From contig CAWGDN010000001.1 of NCBI GenBank assembly GCA_963821375.1, positions 45,589 through 109,588 of the forward strand: a DNA stretch of 64,000 nucleotides, in the 5' to 3' direction. The DNA comes from Vicinamibacterales bacterium. Lineage in GTDB: Bacteria; Acidobacteriota; Vicinamibacteria; Vicinamibacterales; JAMQPK01. The position numbers and the translations under genes were made by a program. Below the pieces are notes generated by a model. The model searched no databases, had not been told where the DNA came from, and worked only from the letters and a program-made list of their open reading frames with translations. This document shows, piece by piece, positions 49,435 through 59,140 of this stretch (positions are counted from its first letter, which is position 1; each line of letters begins with the position of its first letter).

Positions 49435-50480
49435 CTAGTCCCCAATCCCTAGTCCCTGATCGCCTGCGATTACGGCCTGCGCGCAGCTCGGCCGGCGACA
49501 CGGTGGCCGTGCCGCGCTTCATCACGACGACGCCGCCGGCGTAGTTCGCGAGCCGGGCCGCCTTCGTAGAACGATCCGCCCGCCGCAATCGCCAGCGTCA
49601 GCGTGGCGATCACGGTATCGCCGGCGCCGGTCACGTCGGCCACTTCGTCGGAGCCGAAGATCGGCACGTGAACGGTCGGGCGGCCGGGCTCGAACAGCGC
49701 CATGCCGCGGCTGCCTCGCGTGATCGAGCACCGCCTTCATCCGCGTGCGCTTCAGCACCTCGCGTCCGGCCCGCTCGAGCACGCGTCCGTCGTCGCCGAT
49801 CCGCACGCCGAGCATCTGCTCGACCTCCGATTCGTTGGGCGTGCAGGCGGTGAGGCCGCGATAGCGCAGCAGGTCGTAGCGCGAGTCGACGAGGATCGGC
49901 ACCGGCCGCGGCGCTCTCGCGTCGCTACTTGCGCTTCGAGTGCGGCGGCCAGCGCCGGCGTCACGAGGCCCGTTCCGTAGTCCGACAGCAGGATCGCGTC
50001 GCACGTCGCCGCCGTTCAGCGCCGCCCGGTCGAATGCGGCGCGGCGTCTTCGCGTCGTAGTCGGCGGTCGACACGACGCGATCGATGCGGACGATCTGCT
50101 GTTTGGCCGTGTGCACGCCGCCGGCGAGAATTCGCGTCTTCACCGGCGTGCTGATAGCCACGCCGGCCGAAGCGATCCCCTTGTGTCGACGCCGCGCAAG
50201 GCTCGCGACAGCAGGCGCGTGCCCGCCTCGTCGCTGGCCGGCAGACGCCGACGATGTCGCGCTCGCGCGCCGAGCGCCGCCACGTTGTTGGCGGCATTGC
50301 CGGCGCCGCCCGGCACGATCTGCGTGGAGTCGTACTGAAGGATCAGCACGGGCGCCTCGCGCGACAGGCGCGCGACGCGGCCGTAGATGAACTCGTCGGC
50401 GATCAGGTCGCCGATCACCGCCACGCGACTCGATCGAAATCGCGTCGAGCAGGTTCGAGCAGTCGCAAAGTGGGCAAAAT
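49435..50480 (-). pseudogene. hldA: D-glycero-beta-D-manno-heptose-7-phosphate kinase (RfaE domain I type, stand-alone); many frameshifts; start approximate
   Basis: Fragments: SNLLDAISIES.RVAVIGDLIADEFIYGRVARLSREAPVLILQYDSTQIVPGGAGNAANNVAALGA; PVKTRILAGGVHTAKQQIVRIDR; LTACTPNESEVEQMLGVRIGDDG; [41 protein letters not shown]; [27 protein letters not shown]. It ends at TAG 49435-49437, directly abutting the hldC ATG. Confidence 0.7.
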
Positions 50481-50489
50481 GGGGTCTGC

Positions 50490-51076
50490 CCTAGTTTGTC
50501 ACGAATTACGCTCAAAATCCAGCTCGTCGCTTCGATCAGGTTCGCCGACGACGGGCACGCCGGCCATGCTTGCGCGGGACGGCTTGGCCGCCTCGGTCTT
50601 GCCGTAGCCGGTCTCGACCAGGACGCCCTTCGTCCCCGCGTGTCCTGCCCCATCTCGATGTCGCGCCAGCGGTCGCCGACCACGAACGATCGCGCCAGAT
50701 CGAGAGAGAGATCGCGCGCGGCGGCCAGTATCATACCGGGCTTCGGCTTCCGGCACTCGCAGTCGGTCCGGTACTTCTCCACCGCCGCACTCGGCAGAGT
50801 GCGGACAGTAGTAGAACCCGTCGATCCGTCCCGCCGGCAGCCTGCAGCACTTCCGCTGAGGTGCTCGTGCGCCTCGTGCCAGAAACTCCTCGGTGACGAT
50901 GCCGTTGCGCGACGCCGGCCTGGCTCGTCACGACGACCACCTTGAAGCCGGCGCGGTTCAGCAGCCGAATGGCGTCGATCGTGTACGGAAACAGCTTCAG
51001 CCGCTCGAGACGCTCGAGATAGCCGACGTCCTCGATCATCGTGCCGTCGCGATCGAGAAACACAGCCGGGTGTCAT
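50490..51076 (-). pseudogene. gmhB: D-glycero-D-manno-heptose 1,7-bisphosphate phosphatase; frameshifted; 3-prime end approximate
   Basis: ATG 51074-51076, then (after an indel) AVFLDRDGTMIEDVGYLERLERLKLFPYTIDAIRLLNRAGFKVVVVTSQAGVA. Later fragments: RTDCECRKPKPGMILAAARDLSLDLARSFVVGDRWRDIEMGQ and GTKGVLVETGYG. Confidence 0.7.
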
Positions 51077-51078
51077 GT

Positions 51079-52118
51079 TCAGTCGCGGGCCCACGCCCGC
51101 TCTCGCCGCACTTCGGATCGGAGCTCGCTTCCTGAAGAAGCGGCTGACGGCGTCGAGCACGCGCTCGGGCGGAATCCGTTTCATGCAGCGGTGATCGATC
51201 GGACAGTCGGCGAGCCAGCAGGGACGGCAGAACACAGGCTCGGACAGCGTCGGTCGCGATCGTCCGCTGCCTTCGACCGACGTCAGCGGCTGGCTGTATC
51301 GCTCGTCGGTCGGACCGTAGATCGCAACCACCGGAACGCCCATCGCGGCCGCCAGATGAAGCGCCCCGGAATCGTTGGCCACGAGCGCGCGGCAGTGCGC
51401 GAGCACGCCCATCAGCATCAGCAGATCGGTGTGGCCGACGAGGTTGATGACGCGCCGACGTCGTTCGGTCGCATCCCTGCCTCGAGCTCCGTCCGATGAT
51501 CACGTCCGAGCAGCACGCAGCCGGCGTCGTGCTCTCACGCGCGCGTCGACGAGCGCGGCGAACCGCTTCGACGGCCACCGCTTGGCGTGACCGAACGCCG
51601 CACCCGGCGCGATGCCACCAGCGGCTGACCGGGCGTCCATCCGCGCTCCCGAGCAGCGCCGCGGCCGCCTCGCGCGCGCGCGCCGGCACGCGATCTGCGG
51701 CGTCAGCGGACCCGTCTCGACACCAAGCTCGCGGACGAGATGCTGATAGTACTCGCCGAAATGCACCTTGCGTCTCGGCCGGCGCACCGCCCTCGTCAGC
51801 AGCAGCCCGCGGAAATCCGCTCGATAGCCCCATCGCTCCTTCACGCCAGCGCGCTTCAGCAGTCAGCGCCGAGCGGAACGAGTTCGGAAACAGCATGCCA
51901 ATCGACGCCTGGAGGCGGGCGATCGTCCTGCGCCGACTTGAGGTCACGGCAATGCGATCGACGCCGGGCACGGCGCGAAACAGCTCCGCCACCGATGGCC
52001 GTGCGGCCACCGCGAGCGTGCTCGCCGGAAAAATGCCGCCGCACGTCGCGAATCGCCGGCAGCGCCATCACGGCGTCGCCAAGCCAGTTCGGCGCGAGCA
52101 CGACGAGCGGTCAGTCAT
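51079..52118 (-). pseudogene. Glycosyltransferase family 9 (second LPS heptosyltransferase); many frameshifts
   Basis: ATG 52116-52118, then VVLAPNWLGDAVMALPAIRDVRRHF. Fragments: ARPSVAELFRAVPGVDRIAV; LFPNSFRSAL; LKRAGVKERWGYRADFRGLLLTRAV; GIAPGAAFGHAKRWPSKRFAALVDA; LMGVLAHCRALVANDSGALHLAAAMGVPVVAIYGPTDERYSQP; FCRPCWLADCPIDHRCMKRIPPERVLDAV. Confidence 0.7.
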
Positions 52119-52189
52119 TACTTAGTCGCGGGGCCCCGCCCCTGCTGCCGTCGCTTACGCTCCGGATCTTGAAGTGCGCTGGTACTGGG

Positions 52190-53110
52190 TCAACACTGCC
52201 TCGGGCGTCGGTACCATCCGCAGGCGATCGCCGCGCTGGCGCGATCGCGCCAGCGCCGGTGCATCCACAGCCACAGCTCCGGATGCCGTCTCACGTGCAT
52301 CTCGAGCACGTCGGTGCACCGCTGGGTGAACTCGCGGACGGCGTCTGGAGAATCGGGATCGGGCGGTTCGACCGGCTGCTCGTAGATCATACGATACCGG
52401 CCGCCCGGCAGCGGAAACGCGAACAGCGGAATCACCGGCGCGCCGGTTCGGAGCGCCAGCGCCGCCAGCGTCGACGTGGTCGCCGCCGGCCGCCCGAAGA
52501 AATCGACGTAGATGGCGTCGGGACTCGTCATGTGCTGATCGATCAGGATGCCGACCCCCTTGCCCTCGGCCAGCAGGCTCAGCGCCTTCCGCACCGCGCC
52601 GTGCCGATAGAGCACGGGATTGCCGTTCGACGTCCTCACGTGCTCGAGCAGCTCGTGCAGCTGCGGATTGTCGAGGGCGCGCGCCATCACGGCCATCGGC
52701 TCGAACATCAGCGCGTGCGCCAGCGCCTGCTGTTCCCAGAAGCCGAAATGGCCGGTGCAGAACAGAATGCCCTTTGCCCTGCGCGAGCGCCAGCCTCACG
52801 CGCTCGGCGCCCTTCCCACTCCACGAGCCCGAGCTGGCGCTCGGGCGGAAGCGACGCGTACTTCAGCAGCTCCAGCAGCAGCCGCCCGAAGTGCCGGAAC
52901 ATCGCGCGGGCGATGGCCTCGCGCTCGTCCACGGACCGCTGCGGGAACGCCACTTCGAGGTTGGCGAGCGCGATACGGCGATGGGCGCGGTCGGCGAGGA
53001 AGAACATGGAAGCCGAGACCTTCGCCCAGTCGGCGAGCTGCGGCGAGCGGCAGCGGACGCAGCGACAACTGCACCACTCTGACGAGCAGGAATTCGAGAC
53101 GGTGTCTCAT
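52190..53110 (-). pseudogene. Lipid A biosynthesis late acyltransferase (LpxL/HtrB family); frameshifted
   Basis: MRHRLEFLLVRVVQLSLRPLPLAAARRLGEGLG / FFLADRAHRRIALANLEVAFPQRSVDEREAIARAMFRHFGRLLLELL / VRLALAQGKG / FEPMAVMARALDNPQLHELLEHVR...GILIDQHM...FFGRPAATTSTLAALALRTGAPVIP...HPELWLWMHRRW. ATGA overlap with the lpxK stop. Confidence 0.7.
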
Positions 53111-54117
53111 GCGGAGCGAACGCTCCGCAGCCTATCGGCGAGCCACACCACGAAGCGCGGCTCCAGGCTGACGTCGAGCGCGACGTCGACCACCGGCGGG
53201 TCGACCGGGCCGAGCATCCGCAACCTCGCCGAATCTTTTTCGGTGGTCACCAACACCTCCGCGCCCGCCTGTCTGGCCGCTTCGGCCAGCGCATCGATCT
53301 CGCCCCGCGAATACGCATGATGATCGCGGAAGGTCCGCCGGCCCGCGAGCCGCCATCCCCCTCGTTCCAGATCGGCGTAGAAACGCTCGGGCTTGGCGAT
53401 GCCGGCAAACGCAAACGCTGGATGAGTGGGGGCAAGCCCCGTCAGGCGGCGGACAAACCCGAACGCCGCTGGTACACCCAGGCGCTTGGCAGCGGCTTCG
53501 AGCGCGTCTTCGCCGGATTCTGTTGAACCGGACACCTCGACGAGCAGCGCATCGGCGCTTTTCGCCGCGTCGATCGGCTCGCGCAATCGTCCAGACGGCA
53601 GCGTCCGCACTGCGTCATCGTCCGGCGCCACGAGCAGGTCGACGTCGCGCAACAGATCGAAATGCTGAAACCCGTCGTCGAGTATGTGCACCGTGCATCC
53701 GAGACGCGACTCGGCAAGCCGGCCAGCGGTGTACCGGCTGCCGCACACTAACACGGCTGCGCCCGGCACCTTGCCTGCCGCCATCAAGGGCTCGTCGCCG
53801 GCGCGATCGACATCAACCAGCACTCCTCGTCCGTCGCTGACGACGACCACGCCGTCGGATGGAACCTTCCTGGCGTATCCGCGGCTGAGGATGGCGGGCC
53901 GTTCCCCCATCTCGAGCAGAACACGGGCGATTTCCATCGCGAGCGGCGTCTTGCTGCTGCCGCCTACGGTCACGTTCCCAACGCTGATAACGGGTGCGGA
54001 CAGGCGCCTTCGCAGGTGAGGTCTGCGCTGGTAGTAGCGCCGGCGCGCCCGTGCAACTTGGCTGTAAAGGAGATGAAGCAAGAAATCAGTGAACCACTCG
54101 GAAGGGCAGGACCACAC
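53107..54117 (-). CDS. lpxK: Tetraacyldisaccharide 4-prime-kinase
   Basis: Intact 336-aa ORF (GTG start) with PVISVGNVTVGGSSKTPLAMEIA and AILSRGY. Confidence 0.85.
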   Translation of the reverse strand: MWSCPSEWFTDFLLHLLYSQVARARRRYYQRRPHLRRRLSAPVISVGNVTVGGSSKTPLAMEIARVLLEMGERPAILSRGYARKVPSDGVVVVSDGRGVLVDVDRAGDEPLMAAGKVPGAAVLVCGSRYTAGRLAESRLGCTVHILDDGFQHFDLLRDVDLLVAPDDDAVRTLPSGRLREPIDAAKSADALLVEVSGSTESGEDALEAAAKRLGVPAAFGFVRRLTGLAPTHPAFAFAGIAKPERFYADLERGGWRLAGRRTFRDHHAYSRGEIDALAEAARQAGAEVLVTTEKDSARLRMLGPVDPPVVDVALDVSLEPRFVVWLADRLRSVRSA

Positions 54118-55435
54118 CCATCGTCCCGCTCCTCACCGGTAGCAGTTGGGCGATGGCGGCCAGCGTCTTTTCCTTCGCACCGCGATTGGACTCCACCAGC
54201 GCGCTCGCGGCCGCTCCGAGGCGCGCGCGCCGCACCGGGTCGGTCAGCAAGGTCTGCAGCTCCTCTTCCAGCTCGCGGGGCGACTGCACCTGGACGCCTG
54301 CCTCCTGCGTCACGAACGCTTCGGCAATCTCCCGGAAGTTCTGCATGTAAGGACCGAAGACGACCGCCTTGCCGAACACCGCCGGCTCGAGGATGTTGTG
54401 CCCGCCGCTGTCGACGAGGCTTCCGCCGACGAAGACCGCGGTTGCGATCTGATAGACCTGAGCCAACTCGCCGATCGTATCGAGCACGACCACATCCGCA
54501 CGGGGCTCGGCATCGATCGGCAGATCGCTTCGCCGGACGGTGACAAAGGCCTGGTTCTTCGCAAGCTGCACCACCTCGCCAAAGCGCTCTGGATGGCGCG
54601 GCGCGATGACGAGCAGCGGGTTTGCGCCCACGCCCGACGCCGACTTGATTCGCCTGAACGCCTGCAGCACCATCTGCTCTTCGTCGCGCATCGTGCTGCC
54701 GGCAACGATGACAGGCCGGCCAGCCGTGATGCGAAAGTAGCGCAGCACCCGGTTTTGTCCACGCCCCTCGAGTACACCCGCTGCTGGAACGCCCATCGCG
54801 TCGAATTTGAGGCTGCCCGTAACGACGATCGATGCCGGGTCGGCGCCGATGTCGACCAGTCGGCGCGCAGACTCTTCGCTCTGCACGCAGAATCGGTCGA
54901 TGTCGGCCAGCACGCGCCTAAAGAACGGCCGCACCAGCTTGTAACGCGGATACGATCGCGCAGAAATCCGGCCGTTGACCATCGCCGTTGCCACTCCCGT
55001 GCGCTTGCATTCGCGCAGCAGGTTTGGCCAAATCTCGGTTTCCATCATCACAAAGAGCCGGGGTTTCACGAGTCGCAGCGTGCGCCGGACGACGAACGAC
55101 AGGTCGAAGGGGAAATAAAAGACCGCGTCGACGTCCTGGAGGTTGCGCCGTGCGACCTGCTGTCCGGCCATGGTCGTGGTCGACAGAAAGATCCGCAGGT
55201 TGGGATATCGTCCGCGCAGCTCGCTCATCAGCGCTCGAACCGTGAGCGCCTCGCCTACCGAGACCGCGTGAATCCAGATCGACTGGTCGCCATCTAAATT
55301 AAAGGACACCGGGAGGTAGCCCATGCGCTGCCGCAGGCTGCCGATGTACTTCTTGTAGCGCACCGCCTGATACACCAGATATGGCGACACCACGGCGCCA
55401 AATATCAGGATGAGCAGGCTATAGACGGCGTACAT
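54086..55435 (-). CDS. waaA: 3-deoxy-D-manno-octulosonic acid (Kdo) transferase
   Basis: IWIHAVSVGEALTVRAL, GGSLVDSGGHNILEPA. Start at MYAVYSLLILIF (track start is 55498). Confidence 0.9.
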   Translation of the reverse strand: MYAVYSLLILIFGAVVSPYLVYQAVRYKKYIGSLRQRMGYLPVSFNLDGDQSIWIHAVSVGEALTVRALMSELRGRYPNLRIFLSTTTMAGQQVARRNLQDVDAVFYFPFDLSFVVRRTLRLVKPRLFVMMETEIWPNLLRECKRTGVATAMVNGRISARSYPRYKLVRPFFRRVLADIDRFCVQSEESARRLVDIGADPASIVVTGSLKFDAMGVPAAGVLEGRGQNRVLRYFRITAGRPVIVAGSTMRDEEQMVLQAFRRIKSASGVGANPLLVIAPRHPERFGEVVQLAKNQAFVTVRRSDLPIDAEPRADVVVLDTIGELAQVYQIATAVFVGGSLVDSGGHNILEPAVFGKAVVFGPYMQNFREIAEAFVTQEAGVQVQSPRELEEELQTLLTDPVRRARLGAAASALVESNRGAKEKTLAAIAQLLPVRSGTMGVVLPFRVVH

Positions 55436-55473
55436 GACTGTGGGGTTTGGGCGACGGAGTGATCGTACATTAG

Positions 55474-56529
<1,056 letters not shown>

Positions 56530-56708
56530 ACGAGTCGTCGGTCTCAGTCGTCAGTCCAAGTCCGCAGTCGGTAGTCTCAGTCGAGAGTCTCGGTGAACAA
56601 GACGACGACTTGGACTGCAGACTGCGACTGACGACCCTCGACTAAGACTGAAGACTTGGACTGTCGACTCTGACTGATCACTGACGACTGTCGACTGACG
56701 ACTCGGTC
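56530..56708. repeat. gap-pgk intercistronic spacer: CAGTC-word arm and GACTG-word arm forming a long imperfect inverted repeat
   Basis: Left arm cgagtcgtcggtctCAGTCgtCAGTCcaagtccgCAGTCggtagtctCAGTCgagagtc. The right arm has 7 GACTG and further GACT words (gacttggactg appears twice). The ends are complementary (cgagtcgtcggtc versus gactgacgactcg). Confidence 0.8.
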
Positions 56709-56718
56709 TTATTTGTTT

Positions 56719-57906
56719 ATGAAACTTTCCATTCGCGATCTCGATCTACCCGGCAAGCGCGTGTTCGTTCGTACGGATTTCAACGTCCCTCTGGAAAACG
56801 GCGTGGTCGGAGACGACACGCGCATCCGGGCGTCGCTCCCGACCATCACGTTCGCGCTGGAGAAGAACGCGACGGTCGTGCTCGCGTCCCACCTCGGCCG
56901 TCCGAAGGGGCAGCCCAATCCCAAGTACAGTCTCAAGCCAGTCGCCGCCCGTGTGGGTGAACTGCTCGGCAGGCCCGTGGCGTTCGCCAGCGACTGTGTC
57001 GGCGACGCCGCGCGCGAGGCTGTTGCCGCCGCGCACACGTCCGGCCACATCGTTCTGCTCGAAAACCTTCGATACCACCCAGAGGAGGAGAAGAACGAAG
57101 ACGGGTTCGCGACGGCGCTCGCGTCGCTGGCCGATCTCTACGTGAACGACGCGTTCGGCGCGGCGCATCGCGCGCACGCGTCGGTCGACGGCATCACGCG
57201 ACATGTCTCGAGTGCTGCAGCAGGCCTGTTGATGGAAAAGGAGCTGCAGTATCTCGGCCGCGTCCTCGAATCGCCCGAGCGCCCACTCGTGGCGATCCTC
57301 GGCGGCGCCAAGGTGTCGGACAAGCTCGAGGTGATTCAAAACTTCCTGGGCCGCGTCGATCGCCTCGTCATCGGCGGCGCGATGGCCTACACCTTTCTGA
57401 AAGCGCGGGGCGTGCCGGTCGGCCGCTCGCTCGTGGAAGACGACAAGCTCGACGCCGCCCGCGAAATCGAGGCGAACGCCAGGGCCCGCAGCCTTCCGCT
57501 CGGCCTGCCTGTCGACCATCTCGTGACGGAGAAGCTCGAGCCGGGTGCCACCGGCGTGACGCTCGACGTGGGCGACCCGGCTATTGGCGATCGGATGGGA
57601 GTCGATATCGGCCCGAAGACCATTGCAGCCTACATCGAGATGATCCGCGACGCGAAGACGCTCGTGTGGAACGGGCCGATGGGTGTCTTCGAGAACCCGG
57701 CGTTCGCGAAAGGGACCAACGCTATCGCGCGCGCCGTGGCCGACGTGAAAGGCACGACCATCATCGGCGGCGGCGACTCGATTGCCGCCATCAACGAAGC
57801 GGGCGTGGCCGATCGCATCTCGCACATCTCGACGGGAGGCGGCGCGTCGCTCGAGTTTCTCGGCGGCCGCACGCTGCCAGGCGTGGCAGCGCTCACGGAG
57901 AAGTAG
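56719..57906 (+). CDS. pgk: Phosphoglycerate kinase
   Basis: [45 protein letters not shown] at 56719 (the track start at 56713 is a TTG). Confidence 0.95.
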   Translation: MKLSIRDLDLPGKRVFVRTDFNVPLENGVVGDDTRIRASLPTITFALEKNATVVLASHLGRPKGQPNPKYSLKPVAARVGELLGRPVAFASDCVGDAAREAVAAAHTSGHIVLLENLRYHPEEEKNEDGFATALASLADLYVNDAFGAAHRAHASVDGITRHVSSAAAGLLMEKELQYLGRVLESPERPLVAILGGAKVSDKLEVIQNFLGRVDRLVIGGAMAYTFLKARGVPVGRSLVEDDKLDAAREIEANARARSLPLGLPVDHLVTEKLEPGATGVTLDVGDPAIGDRMGVDIGPKTIAAYIEMIRDAKTLVWNGPMGVFENPAFAKGTNAIARAVADVKGTTIIGGGDSIAAINEAGVADRISHISTGGGASLEFLGGRTLPGVAALTEK

Positions 57907-58680
57907 TTGGTGCGTAAGCCTTTCATCGCCGGCAACTGGAAGATGTTCAAGACCGTTCACGACGCGACGGTCTACATCAAAGAGCTCCGCAGTCTCGTGA
58001 AAGACGTGCAGTGGGCCGACGTGGTTGTGGCGCCGCCGTTTACGGCCGTCCACGCAGCGGCCGAAGCGGCTCGCAACAGCAACGTGGCAGTTGCAGCGCA
58101 GGACGTCTACTGGGAGCGGGAAGGCGCGTTCACCGGCGAAGTGAGCGCGGGCATGATCAAGGAGGCCGGCGCCGAATACGTGATCATCGGCCATTCCGAG
58201 CGCCGCACGCTGTTCGGCGAAACCGACGCGATCGTGAATCGAAAGCTCCTGTCGGCCATCGCCGCACAGCTCACCCCCATCGTCTGCATAGGGGAGACGC
58301 TCGAGCAGCGCGAGCGGAACGAGACGATGGACGTCATCGATCGGCAAATCAAGGGAAGCTTCGACGGCCTCAAAGGTGATCAGGTGGCCGAACTGGTCAT
58401 TGCCTACGAACCGGTCTGGGCAATCGGCACTGGGCGCACCGCGACTCCGGCACAGGCGGGCGAGGTGCATACGCACATCCGATCGCGCCTGCGCCAGTGG
58501 TTTGGCGCGGAGGCAGCCGACCTGTGCGTGGTGCTCTACGGCGGCAGCGTCAAACCCGACAACATCGTCGATCTGATGGCCCAGCCCGACATCGACGGCG
58601 CGCTGGTCGGGGGCGCAAGCCTCGACGTCCGGGCGTTTTACGACATCGTTCTCCGAACCAAAGTGGGGCCTAGGGGCTAG
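57907..58680 (+). CDS. tpiA: Triose-phosphate isomerase
   Basis: FIAGNWKM, VIIGHSERR, IAYEPVWAIGTG. TTG 57907 or GTG 57910 start, directly after the pgk stop. Confidence 0.9.
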   Translation: MVRKPFIAGNWKMFKTVHDATVYIKELRSLVKDVQWADVVVAPPFTAVHAAAEAARNSNVAVAAQDVYWEREGAFTGEVSAGMIKEAGAEYVIIGHSERRTLFGETDAIVNRKLLSAIAAQLTPIVCIGETLEQRERNETMDVIDRQIKGSFDGLKGDQVAELVIAYEPVWAIGTGRTATPAQAGEVHTHIRSRLRQWFGAEAADLCVVLYGGSVKPDNIVDLMAQPDIDGALVGGASLDVRAFYDIVLRTKVGPRG

Positions 58681-58696
58681 GGGTTGGGGACTGGGG
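58665..58696 (+). other. Canonical G-quadruplex-forming motif (five GGGG tracts, loops of 2-4 nt) spanning the tpiA stop codon
   Basis: GGGGcctaGGGGctaGGGGttGGGGactGGGG. The tpiA TAG is at 58678-58680, inside the motif. Confidence 0.7.
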
Positions 58697-58774
58697 TTGG
58701 AAGCCGGTATAATTATCGGCTCTCGGCTTTGGGCTCTAGGCCTTAGGCCACTAAGGACTGGGACTGACTTAGTT

Positions 58775-59140
58775 ATGTATTACGCCCTTATCGGTCTCTA
58801 CGTTGTCGTGTGCCTCGTGCTGTCGCTCGTCATCCTGCTTCAGCAGGGCCGGGGCGGCGACATCGCCAGCGCCTTCGGCGGCAGCAGCAGCCAGGCGGCG
58901 TTCGGCGCCCGCTCGGGTGCGACGGTGTTGACGAAGGCGACGACGGTTGCAGCGGTGCTGTTCATGCTGATGGCGCTGTCGCTGTCGATCATCGGACAGC
59001 GCGGCGGTTCGAGTTCAGTCGTGAGCGGCACGCCTGCTCCACCGCCGGCCGCGGCGCCGAAGCCAGCGTCGTCATCCCCGGAAACGCCGACACCAGCGAC
59101 TGCGCCTGCGACAACGCCTCCCGCAGCTCCAGCAAAGTAG
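58775..59140 (+). CDS. secG: Preprotein translocase subunit SecG with Pro/Ala-rich C-terminal tail
   Basis: Start at MYYALIGLYVVVCLVLSLVILLQQGRGGDIASAFGG. Second TM is VAAVLFMLMALSLSII. Tail is PAPPPAAAPKPASSSPETPTPATAPATTPPAAPAK. Confidence 0.85.
   Translation: MYYALIGLYVVVCLVLSLVILLQQGRGGDIASAFGGSSSQAAFGARSGATVLTKATTVAAVLFMLMALSLSIIGQRGGSSSVVSGTPAPPPAAAPKPASSSPETPTPATAPATTPPAAPAK

Noticed and set aside
48961-50480. A single bifunctional hldE gene in the LPS-core operon
   Set aside because: My translation shows a TAG stop directly followed by ATG (TAGATG at 49432-49437) between the kinase and adenylyltransferase parts, so they are called as separate hldA and hldC. The region is indel-rich, so this remains provisional.
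52128-52139. Perfect 12-nt palindrome GCGGGGCCCCGC between the lpxL-like and GT9 genes, as a terminator or operator
   Set aside because: It is too short, has no loop and no T-tract. Such GC palindromes are expected by chance at this base composition.
56530-56708. Possible CRISPR array or minisatellite (also considered for 47204-47347)
   Set aside because: The repeat units are only 5-11 nt words without unique spacers, and no cas genes are present. The organisation is an inverted, palindromic word array, not direct repeats of 24-40 nt.
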